64,000 bases of DNA from assembly GCA_004022145.1 (NCBI GenBank), contig RCNU01000007.1, one strand, 5' to 3'. The DNA comes from Paecilomyces variotii (lineage: Eukaryota). Position 1 is the stretch's first letter. Every line of letters starts with the position of its first letter. The notes below the pieces were generated by a model, which worked only from the letters and a program-made list of their open reading frames with translations, ran no database searches and had not been told where the DNA came from. Below, one piece after another: positions 37,790 to 50,480 of this stretch. The translations under genes and the position numbers were made by a program.

Positions 37790-39018
37790 TATGGAAGAAG
37801 GATCGATAGAATGTGAAGTAGCAGCAGGGGAGAAATACTTCTAATGTCGCGACTTGTTGTAGCTGGTGGTATAGGTTCGATGGCTATAACGTCCTTTTAA
37901 TAGTCCGCAAATTTTTTTAAGCCGGTCCCCAAAGCCGGCTGAATCCATCAAAGCCAATAAGCGCACGGTCTATCGGAACGAGAATTAATATCATCCTAAG
38001 GTCTGTACGATTTGGTGAGGGATCTCATGTTCTACTCATGCCTACTCGTACCATTTTCCCGCAAGACTATTATGTATATATATATGTACATGGCACCTGC
38101 TTCGACAGTAGCCAAATCTGTGGACCCATATTGGCTGCAGTATACACGCATCGCCACAGCTTAGTTTACAAGATGCCTAACCAGGTAGTTGCAAGGCGTG
38201 AGCATCTACGGAAGATCTGATATATACGATATCCTCCCAATTGGATCATGAGGCCAGGGGAGCTTTTTACGGGGTGAAATCGATGTTCTGTTGAAAAGGC
38301 TTCTGCAAAGCCGATTTTACTCATAGTCTATGGATCTATAGTGACTAGATACGTACAAAGGCCCTACTTCTCTGATACCCCGCATAGTGCCTGCGGCCTA
38401 GAAAAGGAGAAAGTCAGGCCGATGTCGAGTCGTTTGTTCTGGAATCCCAAGATAGCAGGTCCATTGGAAACAGGGACGAAATGATTACCCGACAGGCGCA
38501 GGATGGTCCTTCCTGTAAGTGCGACGATCTGCGCTACGGGGAAATGTCTATATGCATGCTCATTATATTATTCAAGATTTGTCTGATCAGTGCAGGGGTT
38601 TGGATCTCGGGATACCAACACGAGTGATCACGAACTGGACATGCAGAATTAGGATTAGATACTTAAGCCACTCCGTATGTTCACCAATAATTGACCCTGT
38701 GTCTTAAGGCGACTGGTCAATCTCTAGCAAAACTGCGCCTAGTTTCCCCGTGGGGTGCGGTGGGGCCATTCAGGAGACACCAAGTAAGTACTTACTTACT
38801 CCGCCCCAGAACACATTCTACATAGAGGAATCGGTTAAACTACTTCGGCCAAATATCAACAGATCACTGTGATTATGTTTTATTGCTCAACATCTGTTAA
38901 TCGTGCCAGGGTATTTAGTAGTAGAAGGTACCAGGAAGTATTGACAGGTGAATCGGCATTTTTCTCTTGTCGGCGACTTGGGCTTGTAAAGACAGTTTTC
39001 GTTGCGGATTCCTGAAAC

Positions 39019-40308
39019 ATGAATCTTACTATGGTGTCTATGTTGCAAGTTTTGCTCCTGTGCACCACTGCGTGTGCTACTTCCCTTTATGTTGCATCTT
39101 CTTCAGGGAATATTACACTTCTCTCTTTGACGTACGACTACTTCTCCTCGACCGGATCATCTGATTTTGTTGAAGACGGTTACTTTGCCGGTTTTGCGCC
39201 GAAAAAAAGATACAATCTCTCGGTCGTCCATACCTTCAAGACACCTGCGCAGAGTCCAGCATGGTTGACCTTGAATGAACACAACAACATTCTTTACCTC
39301 ATCGATGGCGTGACGACCGGCAACGGAACCCTTACTTCTTACCGCACGAGTTCTCATAACGGTACAGGTCCTCCTATTCAGTTAGATAGTGTAGAGTGCC
39401 TTCTTGACGGGGCCGCCGCCGACTTTTATGCCAATGGGAAGGCTCTTGCTGTGGCGCATTACACCAGCAGCGCTTTACAGACATACGATGTTACCGCTTC
39501 AAACGGCACACTCAAGCTTCTCCAGACGTTTACGTACAAAATGGCCGAACCAGGACCCGCCGGAGAGCGCCAGGCCGCACCACACATTCATGAAGCGCGT
39601 ACCGACCCACTAGGCGAATACTTGCTGGCGATTGATCTCGGAGCCGACCTTGTGCGTGTATATGCTATCGATCACGATTCTCTCCTCTTAGATGAGCGTG
39701 CAGCACTCAAAGCCACCCCGGGGTCCGGGCCACGACATGGCGTGTTCACACAAGATCCAATTCTCTTCCCCGATGGTATTGCAAGTTACGTGTTCTATCT
39801 TGCCGCTGAGATAGCGGGCACCATCACTGCCTACCGTGTGACTTATCTGCCTGACTTGGGAGGCCTTCAATTCGACTTACTTCCGAATGGCACATACTCT
39901 TCGTTGGAACCAGGAACCCCCAAACCTGACACCGGGGGGAAAGGAATTACAGGTGAGCTCAGGGTAAGCCCAGACGGCGACTTTCTAATTGTGAGTAATC
40001 GCCGTGATGCGCGCTTCAATGGCACCGCAGCTCAGTATCCACCGGATGGGAGGTCGGACTCGATGTCTATTTTCCGGATTCGACAGGATCTCGCCGGTAA
40101 GCTTGACTTTGTGCAAGCTTCTCCCGCCGGTGGCTTGATGGCCAGGACCTATGACCTAAATTCAGCTGGAAATCTGGCAGCTGTTGGGATCCAGGAGGGA
40201 TCACGAATCACCATCCTGCAGAGAGATCTTGGGTCTGGCTTGTTTAGTGAACAAGTGGCAGAGGTTGACGTTGAAGGCGAGATTTGGGCCGTTATCTGGG
40301 ATGACTAG
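39019..40308 (+). CDS. Secreted 7-bladed beta-propeller lactonase (6-phosphogluconolactonase / carboxy-muconate cyclase family)
   Basis: Signal peptide, RQAAPHIHE, DLGADLVRVY, PGSGPRHG and SPDGDFLIVSNR. Intronless. Confidence 0.9.
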   Translation: MNLTMVSMLQVLLLCTTACATSLYVASSSGNITLLSLTYDYFSSTGSSDFVEDGYFAGFAPKKRYNLSVVHTFKTPAQSPAWLTLNEHNNILYLIDGVTTGNGTLTSYRTSSHNGTGPPIQLDSVECLLDGAAADFYANGKALAVAHYTSSALQTYDVTASNGTLKLLQTFTYKMAEPGPAGERQAAPHIHEARTDPLGEYLLAIDLGADLVRVYAIDHDSLLLDERAALKATPGSGPRHGVFTQDPILFPDGIASYVFYLAAEIAGTITAYRVTYLPDLGGLQFDLLPNGTYSSLEPGTPKPDTGGKGITGELRVSPDGDFLIVSNRRDARFNGTAAQYPPDGRSDSMSIFRIRQDLAGKLDFVQASPAGGLMARTYDLNSAGNLAAVGIQEGSRITILQRDLGSGLFSEQVAEVDVEGEIWAVIWDD

Positions 40309-40976
40309 ATAAGCACGGGATGACCCTATACGATCTAGGTAATTGTAAGATCTGCAAGATTCCGTGAAGATTCCTTCTCAGAGCCCTGTCTATCAATACT
40401 TCATTAGAATACTTATGTTCAGAGCAAAAATATTTTAAAAGAACCCTTGAACTAGTACCCATGTTTTAGCATCATTGTAGTAAGTTCTTTACAGTCATAG
40501 CACATGCTGTCCGACAAACTTTCCATTAGAAACGTAAGGTGACCAAACGTTACCAGATGTGTGCAGTTTATAATGGAGAAGCTATCGATAGTCAAAAGCA
40601 TGCCTAGCCCTCAGCAAGCACCTTTTATTTATGCAAAGGGAGCAGATATAGATGTGGCCTATGCTATTATCAGATGTCCTCTTTGAGAATAATTCATCCA
40701 TGGTTGCTTACTCTCTCTGCATGACAGAAGGTGAAACGAGAAATAAGTAGTCTGAGCACTCTCATTCTGTTTGCGCAGTGATACAAGAAAGATCAGCATC
40801 CAGAGCTATCGGTTAAACTCTGTGAGTTTTGCCGCTGGTTCTGTGGGGAATTCATTTCCCAGAAGCTCTGAGAGAGTGACTTACCTTGAAGAACCTGCTT
40901 ATCAGTGAATGAGGAAAATAAAACAAAATGAAAATAAAAATAAGCAAAACCACGTCAGTGCTACTAACTTAACAGT

Positions 40977-41628
40977 ATGCCAGAAATGGCTACTGTTGTA
41001 CATCATCATCACCAGCTTAATGCATCATTCAGCCAGCTCCGCTCAGACTGAAATGTCCTCAGGTTGACATTGATGTACGACATTTATTACGCATACCCGA
41101 GGACTACGTTCTTTAAGATGAGGCCGAGAACGAGTCTGAATACTTGAATCTCGATGTGACTGTACCATCCGATACAGGACCTGGTCAGGATTTGCCAGTT
41201 TTCATATGGATACATGGTACAATGTATGAAACTCAGCTATATCACTCATTCATATGTTGAAATTGGATATAGGCGGCGACGCAAGCCATTACTTTCTGCT
41301 CCGCTGCCTCGGGAATATATGGTCAGAGCTATCTAGCTGTTATTGCGCAAGAACTGCTGACTAAAAACGTCAATCAGATACGACCAAACTAGTTGCAGAT
41401 TCAATATCCTCGGGGCATCCCTTTATCACAGTAGCTCCAAACTACCGACTCAATATTTTCGGTTTTGGGGATGGAAATGGATCAGGGAAGATCAATTTGT
41501 CCTTGAAAGATCAAGAACTGGCTATCTATTGGGTAAGGAGGCATATTTCTGGATTCGGTGGCGACCCTGTAAGCAAGGCACTGCCTGATAGAGACGTCCT
41601 AGTAGTCACCTCGGACTCTTATTGTAGG

Positions 41629-41660
<32 letters not shown>

Positions 41661-42606
41661 ACTGTGCGGAGAAAGTGCTGGAGCAACATATGTTCACGCG
41701 CACTGGAACTCCCGTGAAGAGAGCTATACTTATGTCAGGCTCGCTATACCTTTCGCCCCGATGCCTCGTTTTCGTGGCGAGGAAATGTCGAGGTTTTTGA
41801 GGCGCGAGCCCATGAATTGGAGGATAAATCTCTTCGCGAATATAGCCAAAAGGCCTTTCAACAAATCCTTACTGAGAATAATATCTCCCGCCGTTGAATC
41901 CAAGAAGAAGATATCCGCACCAATTGGGAAACCAAACAAGAACAGGTTGAGGAATTGTAGTGGCTGCGATTATTCAATTCAGGTGGTTGCTGCCATAATG
42001 AAATCTAACATTTCACAAATAGTCCGCAAGCGGGGTTTCCAGGACCTTGCTCCTGATGGAATCATATCCATTTTCACAGATACAAATATTGAATTGGACA
42101 CCAAACTACGCAAAGCGCACGGTATATCTCCAAACCGTCCGACGCCCAACATACTTGACGCGTTGGACTTTGTCCATGATGTCGAATATACTCTTCCGAT
42201 TGAGCATTTGTGTAAAAAGCTTGCTACCGCCAATAAAAGGGTATACCGATATCTCCTCGACGAGCCGAATCCATGGCAACAATCTGCTCGTGCTCACTAT
42301 GCAATTGACTTGATTTTCTTATGTGGGGGTATTGATATATCGCATAAATCTACAGCGGAAAGGGTGGATAGGGAGATGAGAAGGAGATGGGTTATTTTCA
42401 TTCATTGGGAGAGTCCGTGGGGAGAAGTGTCTCCAGGAACCACGTTTGCTTTTGGTCCATATGGCGAATGTGAGGAGCCCAATGAAATGAGATACATGAC
42501 ACGGAGAAGAATTTATACTCTCAGCTTATCGAGAAAAGCTGGAATTGAATCATGTGCAGCAATCGCTAATGCATTGGTGACTGGGAGCATGAATCTGCTT
42601 AACTAG
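40977..42606 (+). pseudogene. Type-B carboxylesterase pseudogene
   Basis: EYLNLDVTVP, LPVFIWIHG, NYRLNIFGF, GFGGDP and GESAG are present. There is an in-frame TAA at 41114-41116. The motif PVKRAILMSGSLYLSP lies in a different frame from GESAG. A 31-A tract sits at 41629-41659. Confidence 0.85.
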
Positions 42607-43136
42607 TCTAGAGTGTTCATTCAATGAGGAATGTAGATAACATATGGAAGTCACGAGCAACCTGGGTAAAAGAAAATATCGACACGATGTCTTCAACCAG
42701 AATATTTCATTATAGGTTAATATATAAGTTTTTGGGCCTGTAGGCCAGGCAGATATCGCCTGCCTCCTTCCGCATTGAGCCTAGTGCTTCGAGCTCGATC
42801 CTAGATAGGAATTCAAGCATCTTCATCTCCTAGCTCTGCGTGCCCGAGATAGGTTGAATATCCTGAATAGATGCGTTTAGTTACCATGGCCTGACTCGTC
42901 AGGGTTGCTCAAAATGAAATAACACAAGCATGATGCCTTGGGCTACTGTTATATCTCAAGGAGGACTGTAACTTAGGGTACGGGGCTTCTTATTCATATG
43001 ATGCATGGTAATTGCATAGTTGCCTCACGATATCTTACTAGACAGAGAGAATACAATTCTGTACCAGTTATACACTAATGTCACTAATCAACAAAGCATA
43101 TCCCATTTGCGGTCAGCCTGGGGATGTTGCATGTCC

Positions 43137-45642
43137 TTACGGGCCACAAGTCCCGCTACCGGCAGATAAAAGTGTAGCAACTGAGTTCAAGGCATCTGTC
43201 TCCCCAGGTAATACCGGCCAGTCCTTGAACAGATCGGTTGAGTGAGAAGTGCTTAATATGGGAGCAGATATGAAGTCAGATCCTGAATTCTGCATCGTCG
43301 ATTGCTGCGATATGGTAAAATTTGATTCTTGAGCGGAGTTCAAGGACTCAGCGGCGCTCGAGCAGTTTATGCTCCCTATGGCACTTGTATCTGGCAAGAT
43401 CTGGCTAGTTAGAAGACCAGATGACGGATCTTGCTTGGGGTTTTGTTGCATATATTGGTCAATCTGGTCAACCTGTCCCCAGAGCCTGATGGAAGCCTTT
43501 GGTATGGACAGCCGGGACAGCTCTACATTCTCCAAAAGTTCCACGAGAACGACCAGGATGTTGCGAACTAAGAGGTATGTCCGTGTGGAGAGAGGAGTTG
43601 GTATGGTGGAGCTGAGAATGTGGCCGATGTGAGACAGGTGGTGCAACTATTGGAATAGAATTAGAAATGGTTGAGTAAATGGGACTAGAATGTTTTCTCA
43701 CCGAGCCTATGCTTAATGCGCTGGATAATCCGCGGGGAAGAGCCTCGATCTCATCAAGTAGCTCGCTTGCAATGGCACACCTTAGGTGTACATTAGGCTT
43801 CTCAGTCCCAGCAAGGAGCATTTTGATCTTATTTGTTGTCAAGACGATGTTCATGGCTACAAAAGATGGTTAGTACCATCACTTCGCACTTGTTACGCAA
43901 GATAGAAGTGGACATACCGATGAGCCCATACCAATCCTTCTGTGGATCTCCTGTTATATCTTTCACTACCTTGAGCTCAGGCGGTAATTCCTCATACAAT
44001 CTGGAGATGAGATTCAAAATTTCGTAAGTGAGATTCTTTGAGGGGCGAACACCAGTAAGGAATGAGTTTAATAGACCTCTAGGCTCTTCAACCGAGGCCT
44101 GCTGCCACGCCCTCATCATGCCGTTCATGTTTTCAAACAGACGATATAGATCGGTGCAGTAGTTCCATCCACGCAAGAACGAGACTCGATCTGGCCTTAG
44201 TTGAATACTAGTTGCGAATATGTCCTCATCATCAAATACTTCAGCCGGATATAACACTGTTGTCTTGGCTTCACACTGACGAGATGGCAAGCCGAAGTTG
44301 GTTGAGATATACTGCTCTTGTTGATATACGCCCCAAAACTGGGAGAAGTTGAGTCAATATCACTCGGAACTGTGAAGGAAAAGAACCCGGATTATACGCT
44401 TACCAGTCTACGTCTCTCCTGTTTTTCAATCTCTGTAAGATCGTCAGGCCAGTTGGCTTCAGCATAGAAACCATGCATGACAGATAGAGATAAATAATCT
44501 CCTAGGTGTGCAACGGTCTTTTTCATGTCTTCATTTTGCAGACACACTGCAGCCAGTATAGCACTCGCCTTCATTGCCTGCAAGTAGTCAGAAGCGCTAG
44601 TGATGTCATTTGGCATGGCTTCAACTGCCGCACAGTAGCATTTGGAGGAGACAGTGGCGGCATTGACCCGGATATCGTAGAGGTCTTGGGGTATCCGGAT
44701 ACCGTTTTGTAGCTGCCCAGAAGTTAAGGCGCAAACAGACATTACCACGACAAAGACGTCTCTATCAGACCGATAGAGCTGCTGACGAACTTGGTAATGG
44801 AAGGTCGGCCAGTGAAAGTATGGCAGCCTGATATTGTCAGCACATAGTCTAAGCCAAAGACAATTGAATTCATCCGCGCTAATACAAAAACAATACATAC
44901 ATGGGGTAAATATTATGATAGAATACTTGCATAATACTTTCAATTGCCTCAGGGCTGACCAGGCTTTCGTGAGCCGAGTACAGATCTGAAGTGGAGGGTC
45001 CGTTGTACATGGCTTCGTCATTGATCCCTGGGCTTCTCGGAGGCTCAGAAGGCTCACTAGGCGGGGCTGCAGGCGCCTTATCGATACGGTCTATGGTCGA
45101 GTCTGATTGCGGAATATTATCTGAAGGCTCTAGGGACGTTGTAGCCTCCACATCACTCGCCGGTCGAGTTCGGCGCACCGGAGGCTAATCTGGTTGTAAG
45201 TAAAGGAGGAGACAGACGATAAGTTGTGAATGAAGAGACAACATATAAGTGGCGAAGGACTTAAACCTCGTCGTTTCACCGGCCTATTGTATGTGCACTC
45301 TACTGCCTGTTTCTCGCAACGTCCACAGGTCGTCCCCACAATACCGGGCGAGCACTAGGATATTTAATATCAGCACTTCAACCCTAGACAGAACCAAACA
45401 GATGAGCAAGCATTAACGGGTATACCTACCCTACAGGCATTGCGATGGCATCGGTCACAGGCTCGCTACGAGCTTCTAGTCAGTAAAACATTTCAATTAG
45501 GTCGACTGGGAGCTCCATCAAAATCAGCAGGAATACTCACAGATTTACGCTTGCGAGTTGAGCTGTCCGTACCCGCAGTGGTAGGAGATAAATCGTCGTC
45601 GCAGGGATTTGGAATTGTCCCGTCTGTAGTGGCCGAGAGCAT
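43137..45642 (-). CDS. Zn(II)2Cys6 transcription factor with fungal-specific TF domain (paralog 1)
   Basis: RKRKS|RACDRCHRNACR|CSPGIVGTTCGRCEKQAVECTYNRPVKRRG across introns; PYFHWPTF and EIEKQERRRL|FWGVY. Confidence 0.9.
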
Positions 45643-46128
45643 ATTGTCAAGATCCAGTAGACAAGAAACCAAAAAGGTCTTTTTAGCCCTGGTAAACAAA
45701 TGTAATAACATGAGCTTGTTTTCAGGCAAGACGTTGAACTTATGGACTGGACGGCCAGATGACCTTCTATACTTCCACTATGCAAAGACGGCATATGCCT
45801 GCAGATGCGGGGTAGCATGCCTCCACCCTGGTGATCCCGCGGAAAAACTTGTATTCTATCGAATGGGATTATCAGGAATGGCACGTAATCTGGTAATGAT
45901 TTATACAAAGTTGTACCGAGAGCAGGTCCGTTTGCGGGGGTTTACACGCTAGGACTTCTCACAGTCTAGTTATAGTGAAATACAAAGAGGATCAAATACA
46001 TCATCAGACTAGGATGGAACATCGACTCTCGGTTAGAAAATTAACGTGGCCTTGGCTCTATATCAGCCACGCCGTACCGACGTCAACTATGGTCAGAGCT
46101 ACCTTAGATTTCAAGGTGGTACTCTATT

Positions 46129-47880
46129 TCATAGATTGACAGAATACTTTAGCCGAAGCTTTTCGCCATAGTAATAGAAGAATAGGGGTATTGGTACACA
46201 TCCCAGTGAAATAAACCCTAAAAATGAATTTCCCCAGCCCAGCCCCAGGTGATTATACAAACTCTGACCACAGAGGGGGATGATAGCAGCACAGAGAGAT
46301 CGAAGTATGACATTTGCTGCGATTGCTGATGCTGCGTATATTGTGAAAACGTCGATAAGGTATGCCAGGGGTGCCACCTGAAAGATTGTTAGCACAAGCA
46401 ACTTTGCCATCTCAACTTCTATTTACCCACGAATACTATGGTTAGCCCTATGGCAGCAACTGCAGTGCCTATTATAGGAACAATCCAAAATACTTGAGCC
46501 TGTGCAGACCATCCATACCAAATGAGACCAATTGGCAAGAATAAACCGCCTGGTACCATTATAGGTAGCCTGTGTTCGGGCTTGAACTTGCCCTTCTCAA
46601 GTCGTCTCGCGACGAAGCGGTTCGACACGGTCGTGTACACAATTTGACCAATAACAGAGCCAATGCCCCAACCCAAGTATACAAGCCCAGAAACTGATGT
46701 CGATATGTTATACTGGCCCTCAAAAACGGTGGTGAAGGTAGTAAAAAGTCTTGCACAGCTCATTAGTATTGGACTTAGATGTAGTATGTCTATACGAACT
46801 CACATAAACATAATCGTGTATATAAGAGCCACATACACGCAAAGCATAAACACGATGACAGACGTGAATAGCATTTTCATGGGTCGAACAATGGACAAGC
46901 GAAGAATATTCTTCGTTGATTCGACTTTTTCCAGATTGGACCTCAGTCTCATATTCCCAGTCTCCTTTCGAAGCTTCTTGACTCTTCGTGCAAGTAGGAC
47001 AGGTGCAAAAGTTTCCCTCATCACAGTGACGTTGAGAGCACATATCACCCCGGCTATGATGGTAAGGATCCAAAAGGTCCACCGCCAGCCAAGATAGGCA
47101 CTGGTGAAGCCTCCGATGGTAGGACCGATAACGGGTCCTACGGTGAGTCCACACATCCATATACCCATTGCAGTCCCTCTTTGAGCTGGTTCGACCATGT
47201 CTGCGATTGTGCCACCTCCTAGCGTAAACGGCGCGACACCAAAGCCGCCAGCAAGAAAGCGAAAGATAACGAGCGAGGCCATGTTTGGAGCAAGAGCACT
47301 GGCGATGCACCAGAAGAGGAAACACGTATTGCACGCGAGATAAACCGGCCATCGGCCATACGTTTCTGATAGCGGTGCAATGACTGAGGAACATGAGTTA
47401 ACTATCCCGGCATTGGCAATGGAGGATGTGAAACTTACTCAGTGGACCAAATGCGAACCCCAGTACATAAATGGAAATCACAAATGATTCTAAGAGGTCA
47501 TTCTCGGAATGGAACTCTTCCATCAATTGTGGCACGCCCGGCGTAGGTATGGTTGACCCCAAGGCGGTCATCAAAGTATTGGCAGACACGACGAATATTA
47601 TAATCCATTTTCTTCTTAGAGGCCAATTTTTCGGGTTCTGTAGATCGTCTGGTGCCCAATCAACAATGTTTAGATCTGGTCGTGTTGCTGATGATTCCTC
47701 TGTGCTGCAAACATTTTCGATATTTTCCAGCTTGTCGAAGTTACTATTGTTTGTCTGGTCTGCCAATTCTCGATTGATGCTCTCGAAACCAGAAGTCTTC
47801 ATCTGCTCGAATGAGATGTCAAGGCCATCTTTCGGCGCAATCCTATCAAGTTGTGAGCCTCGATCCAATGTTGACGCCAT
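46129..47880 (-). CDS. MFS DHA1-family multidrug transporter
   Basis: VDWAPDDLQNPKNWPLRRKW, SIYVLGFAFGPL, SETYGR, GWRWTFW, RETFAPVLL, PEHRL and LGLGWGNS. Multi-exon. Confidence 0.92.
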
Positions 47881-49073
47881 TTTTTTTATATATATCACGA
47901 TCTATCTCGCTTTCTACGCTGCGAGTGATAAGACGACCTGTTTCTGTCTTTTCTCTTTTCTCTTTTTTCTTCTGGAAGGGAATGGTCAACGGGTTCGATA
48001 GAAGTTTCAAATAGTTGCGACCGGGCTTCCCCCCAATTCTGGCGGTGTTGCAAGGCGGGCGGCCCTCGGGTCTGTGTCGGTTAAACTCCTAGGGTTGGGC
48101 TGGGAATCTTCAAAGCAGGTCAACCATAAGATCTGCAGCTGGCTGGTAATTTCGTCTGCACGCTTTCATGAGGTAGACCGGTGGTTCTTGGGTCACTTGC
48201 TAGACAACGAGTTACCAATATCTAGCCACGAGAATCTCACACTGCATTCTAATTCTTGTTGCTGCGGCTGTCAACCCCAAGGCATCCTGTTTGAATTATA
48301 AGACGTCCCAAGACATTGTGCTAGCAGGTATGGACTGTATTACATACCTACGTACTGGGGAAACCATTCTGAATCGGCTGATTGGTATTTCAAGTTTTAC
48401 TAGGAGACGAAGATTTTGGAAATTACTGCTTTGTTTGGTGATCAGCAAGTTTCAAAATAATATACCGAAAGACCGACAGCGAATCAACTGTAGTATTCAA
48501 GTCGTAACTATTAATTATACCGGCGGCGTAATAATTAATGCGCTGGTTCCGCAGCGTGTACGAGATTCGACACGGCACCGGTGGAATTTAAGCCAGCATT
48601 GATAGTCTAAACGCCGACGATCAACATGGCAAAACAAGAGTGTCCTCGTAATTTTATATTGCCAAATCTAATTCTGTACTATATGGGAGGTCATAGAAGT
48701 ATTATTCCATCTATACATTATCGGCGAAATGAGTAGATGAGTCCCCGGACAATTTCCTGAGGATGTCTTATCAGCATTGTACATACGATTACACAGACCC
48801 AGGAGTGGGAAACTTTAGCATCTACAAGAGGATTTCGCCGTTCACATACTATGCGCCGCCCATAAGTACCTTCGCGGAGTTGAGCAAGCTATAAGGATAG
48901 CTGTTCTGGCAAGAGACCATCTACTGTTCGCAGTGTAACTGTGACACTAGACAAAGCAAGTGCAAAGGCTATCTCAAAACACCAATTATAGCCATATAAT
49001 CAATCTATGGTAATTCAATAATACGGACAGGTTCTGAAAAATCAATAATCAAACTAACACCCTTTACAGAATC

Positions 49074-49913
49074 ATGAGTCCTGCCGCTATCATCTTCCCA
49101 TACGCAAAGTATGCTGGCAGCAGCGCCTCCGTGACCAAAGGTCATGAGTGGCGCACCGCCGCTAACAGCTGTGCCTACTTGCTTCCACACCTTGAGCCGT
49201 CCATGCGTGTGCTTGATGTTGGATGCGGACCGGGGACAATATCGTGCGACTTAGCAGCCAACTATCTACCTCGGGGCCACGTCACTGGCGTTGATGCGTC
49301 GGTAGATTGTGTCGAAAAGGCCGCAGAAAACGCGCAGCAAAGGGGGATTGAGAATATCTCTTTCACTACCGGTGATATTTTCAATCTCCCATTTCCGGAC
49401 AACACATTTGACGTGGTGCATGAACACCAAGTGCTGCAACATATCTACGACCCGGCCGCGGCAATCGAGGAGATGCGGCGCGTTGCAAAACCAGGAGGCC
49501 TGGTTGCATGCCGTGAATCCATTATGGATGGATTCTTGTGGTATCCGCTAACACCAGACAAGAAGGAGTGGTGGGACCTCTATGTCCAAGTTGTCAAATC
49601 CCATGGTGCAAATCCGGGAACAGGGAGGATGTTGCATGTATTTGCGCGTCAAGCGGGATTTTCCAGGGATGCGATGACCTCCAGTTCAAGTGCTTGGTGC
49701 TACTGCGATGAGAAGGAGAGAAAGTACTGGGGGGACCACTGGGCTGATCGAATGTTAACTAGTGCATTTAGGAGAGATGCAGTCTCCCGTGGCTTCTGTA
49801 CCAACGAGGATATGGATAGATACGCGAGACTTTGGAGGGAGTGGGGTGCCCAAGATGAGGGGAGTTTTATTCTCGTTCACGCGGAGATTTTATGCCGAGT
49901 GGACAAATCTTAG
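49074..49913 (+). CDS. Class I SAM-dependent methyltransferase (UbiE/Methyltransf_31-like)
   Basis: HEWRTAANSCAYLL, VLDVGCGPG, LPFPDNTFDVVHEHQVLQH and KPGG. Confidence 0.92.
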   Translation: MSPAAIIFPYAKYAGSSASVTKGHEWRTAANSCAYLLPHLEPSMRVLDVGCGPGTISCDLAANYLPRGHVTGVDASVDCVEKAAENAQQRGIENISFTTGDIFNLPFPDNTFDVVHEHQVLQHIYDPAAAIEEMRRVAKPGGLVACRESIMDGFLWYPLTPDKKEWWDLYVQVVKSHGANPGTGRMLHVFARQAGFSRDAMTSSSSAWCYCDEKERKYWGDHWADRMLTSAFRRDAVSRGFCTNEDMDRYARLWREWGAQDEGSFILVHAEILCRVDKS

Positions 49914-50480
49914 CTTGTTGAAATGACAACGGGCTATATAGAAGTCTGATAGCTAGTTGCATGATGTGACCGTTATTTGATAGAATAAGCACCACGATGA
50001 TGCGTCGAATCCGAAAGGCACGGAAGCAATATGACTGCAAAGTCCATGGTTTTGCTGGACTATCTACGTATATACATTTTATGCTACTGCTATCCATATC
50101 TAATGGTCAATAGAGAAGTCGTACGTTGCTCCCGCTACTTGATATATCTAGAGGTGTAACATATCTGTGTCGTCCGTGCCGACACACGGTGATCATCATC
50201 TCGAACGCCCAGGTTAGCGAGTGCAGCCGGGCCTTGGCATGATGTATGGTCAAGGTCGCTGATGAAAGTTGTTTCTGAGCTAAGACACAGCAGTCAATGT
50301 GTCACTGATCGCGAGACGAAAGAGACCAGCGGCCGGTCAGCGGGATAACGGATACACTCGCGGGTAATACTTCCGAGTGGCTATATGTGAAGCGCATTGG
50401 AGCCATGGAATTCTTGACAAATATATTCTACAATACCTATATCCAGCTTGCTACCCTCGTGCTAACTTGAAAGAGCAATC

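Noticed and set aside
41497-42606. 369-aa ORF with a poly-lysine tract as a real protein
   Set aside because: It reads through an intron and a poly-A tract and crosses frameshifted segments of the esterase pseudogene.
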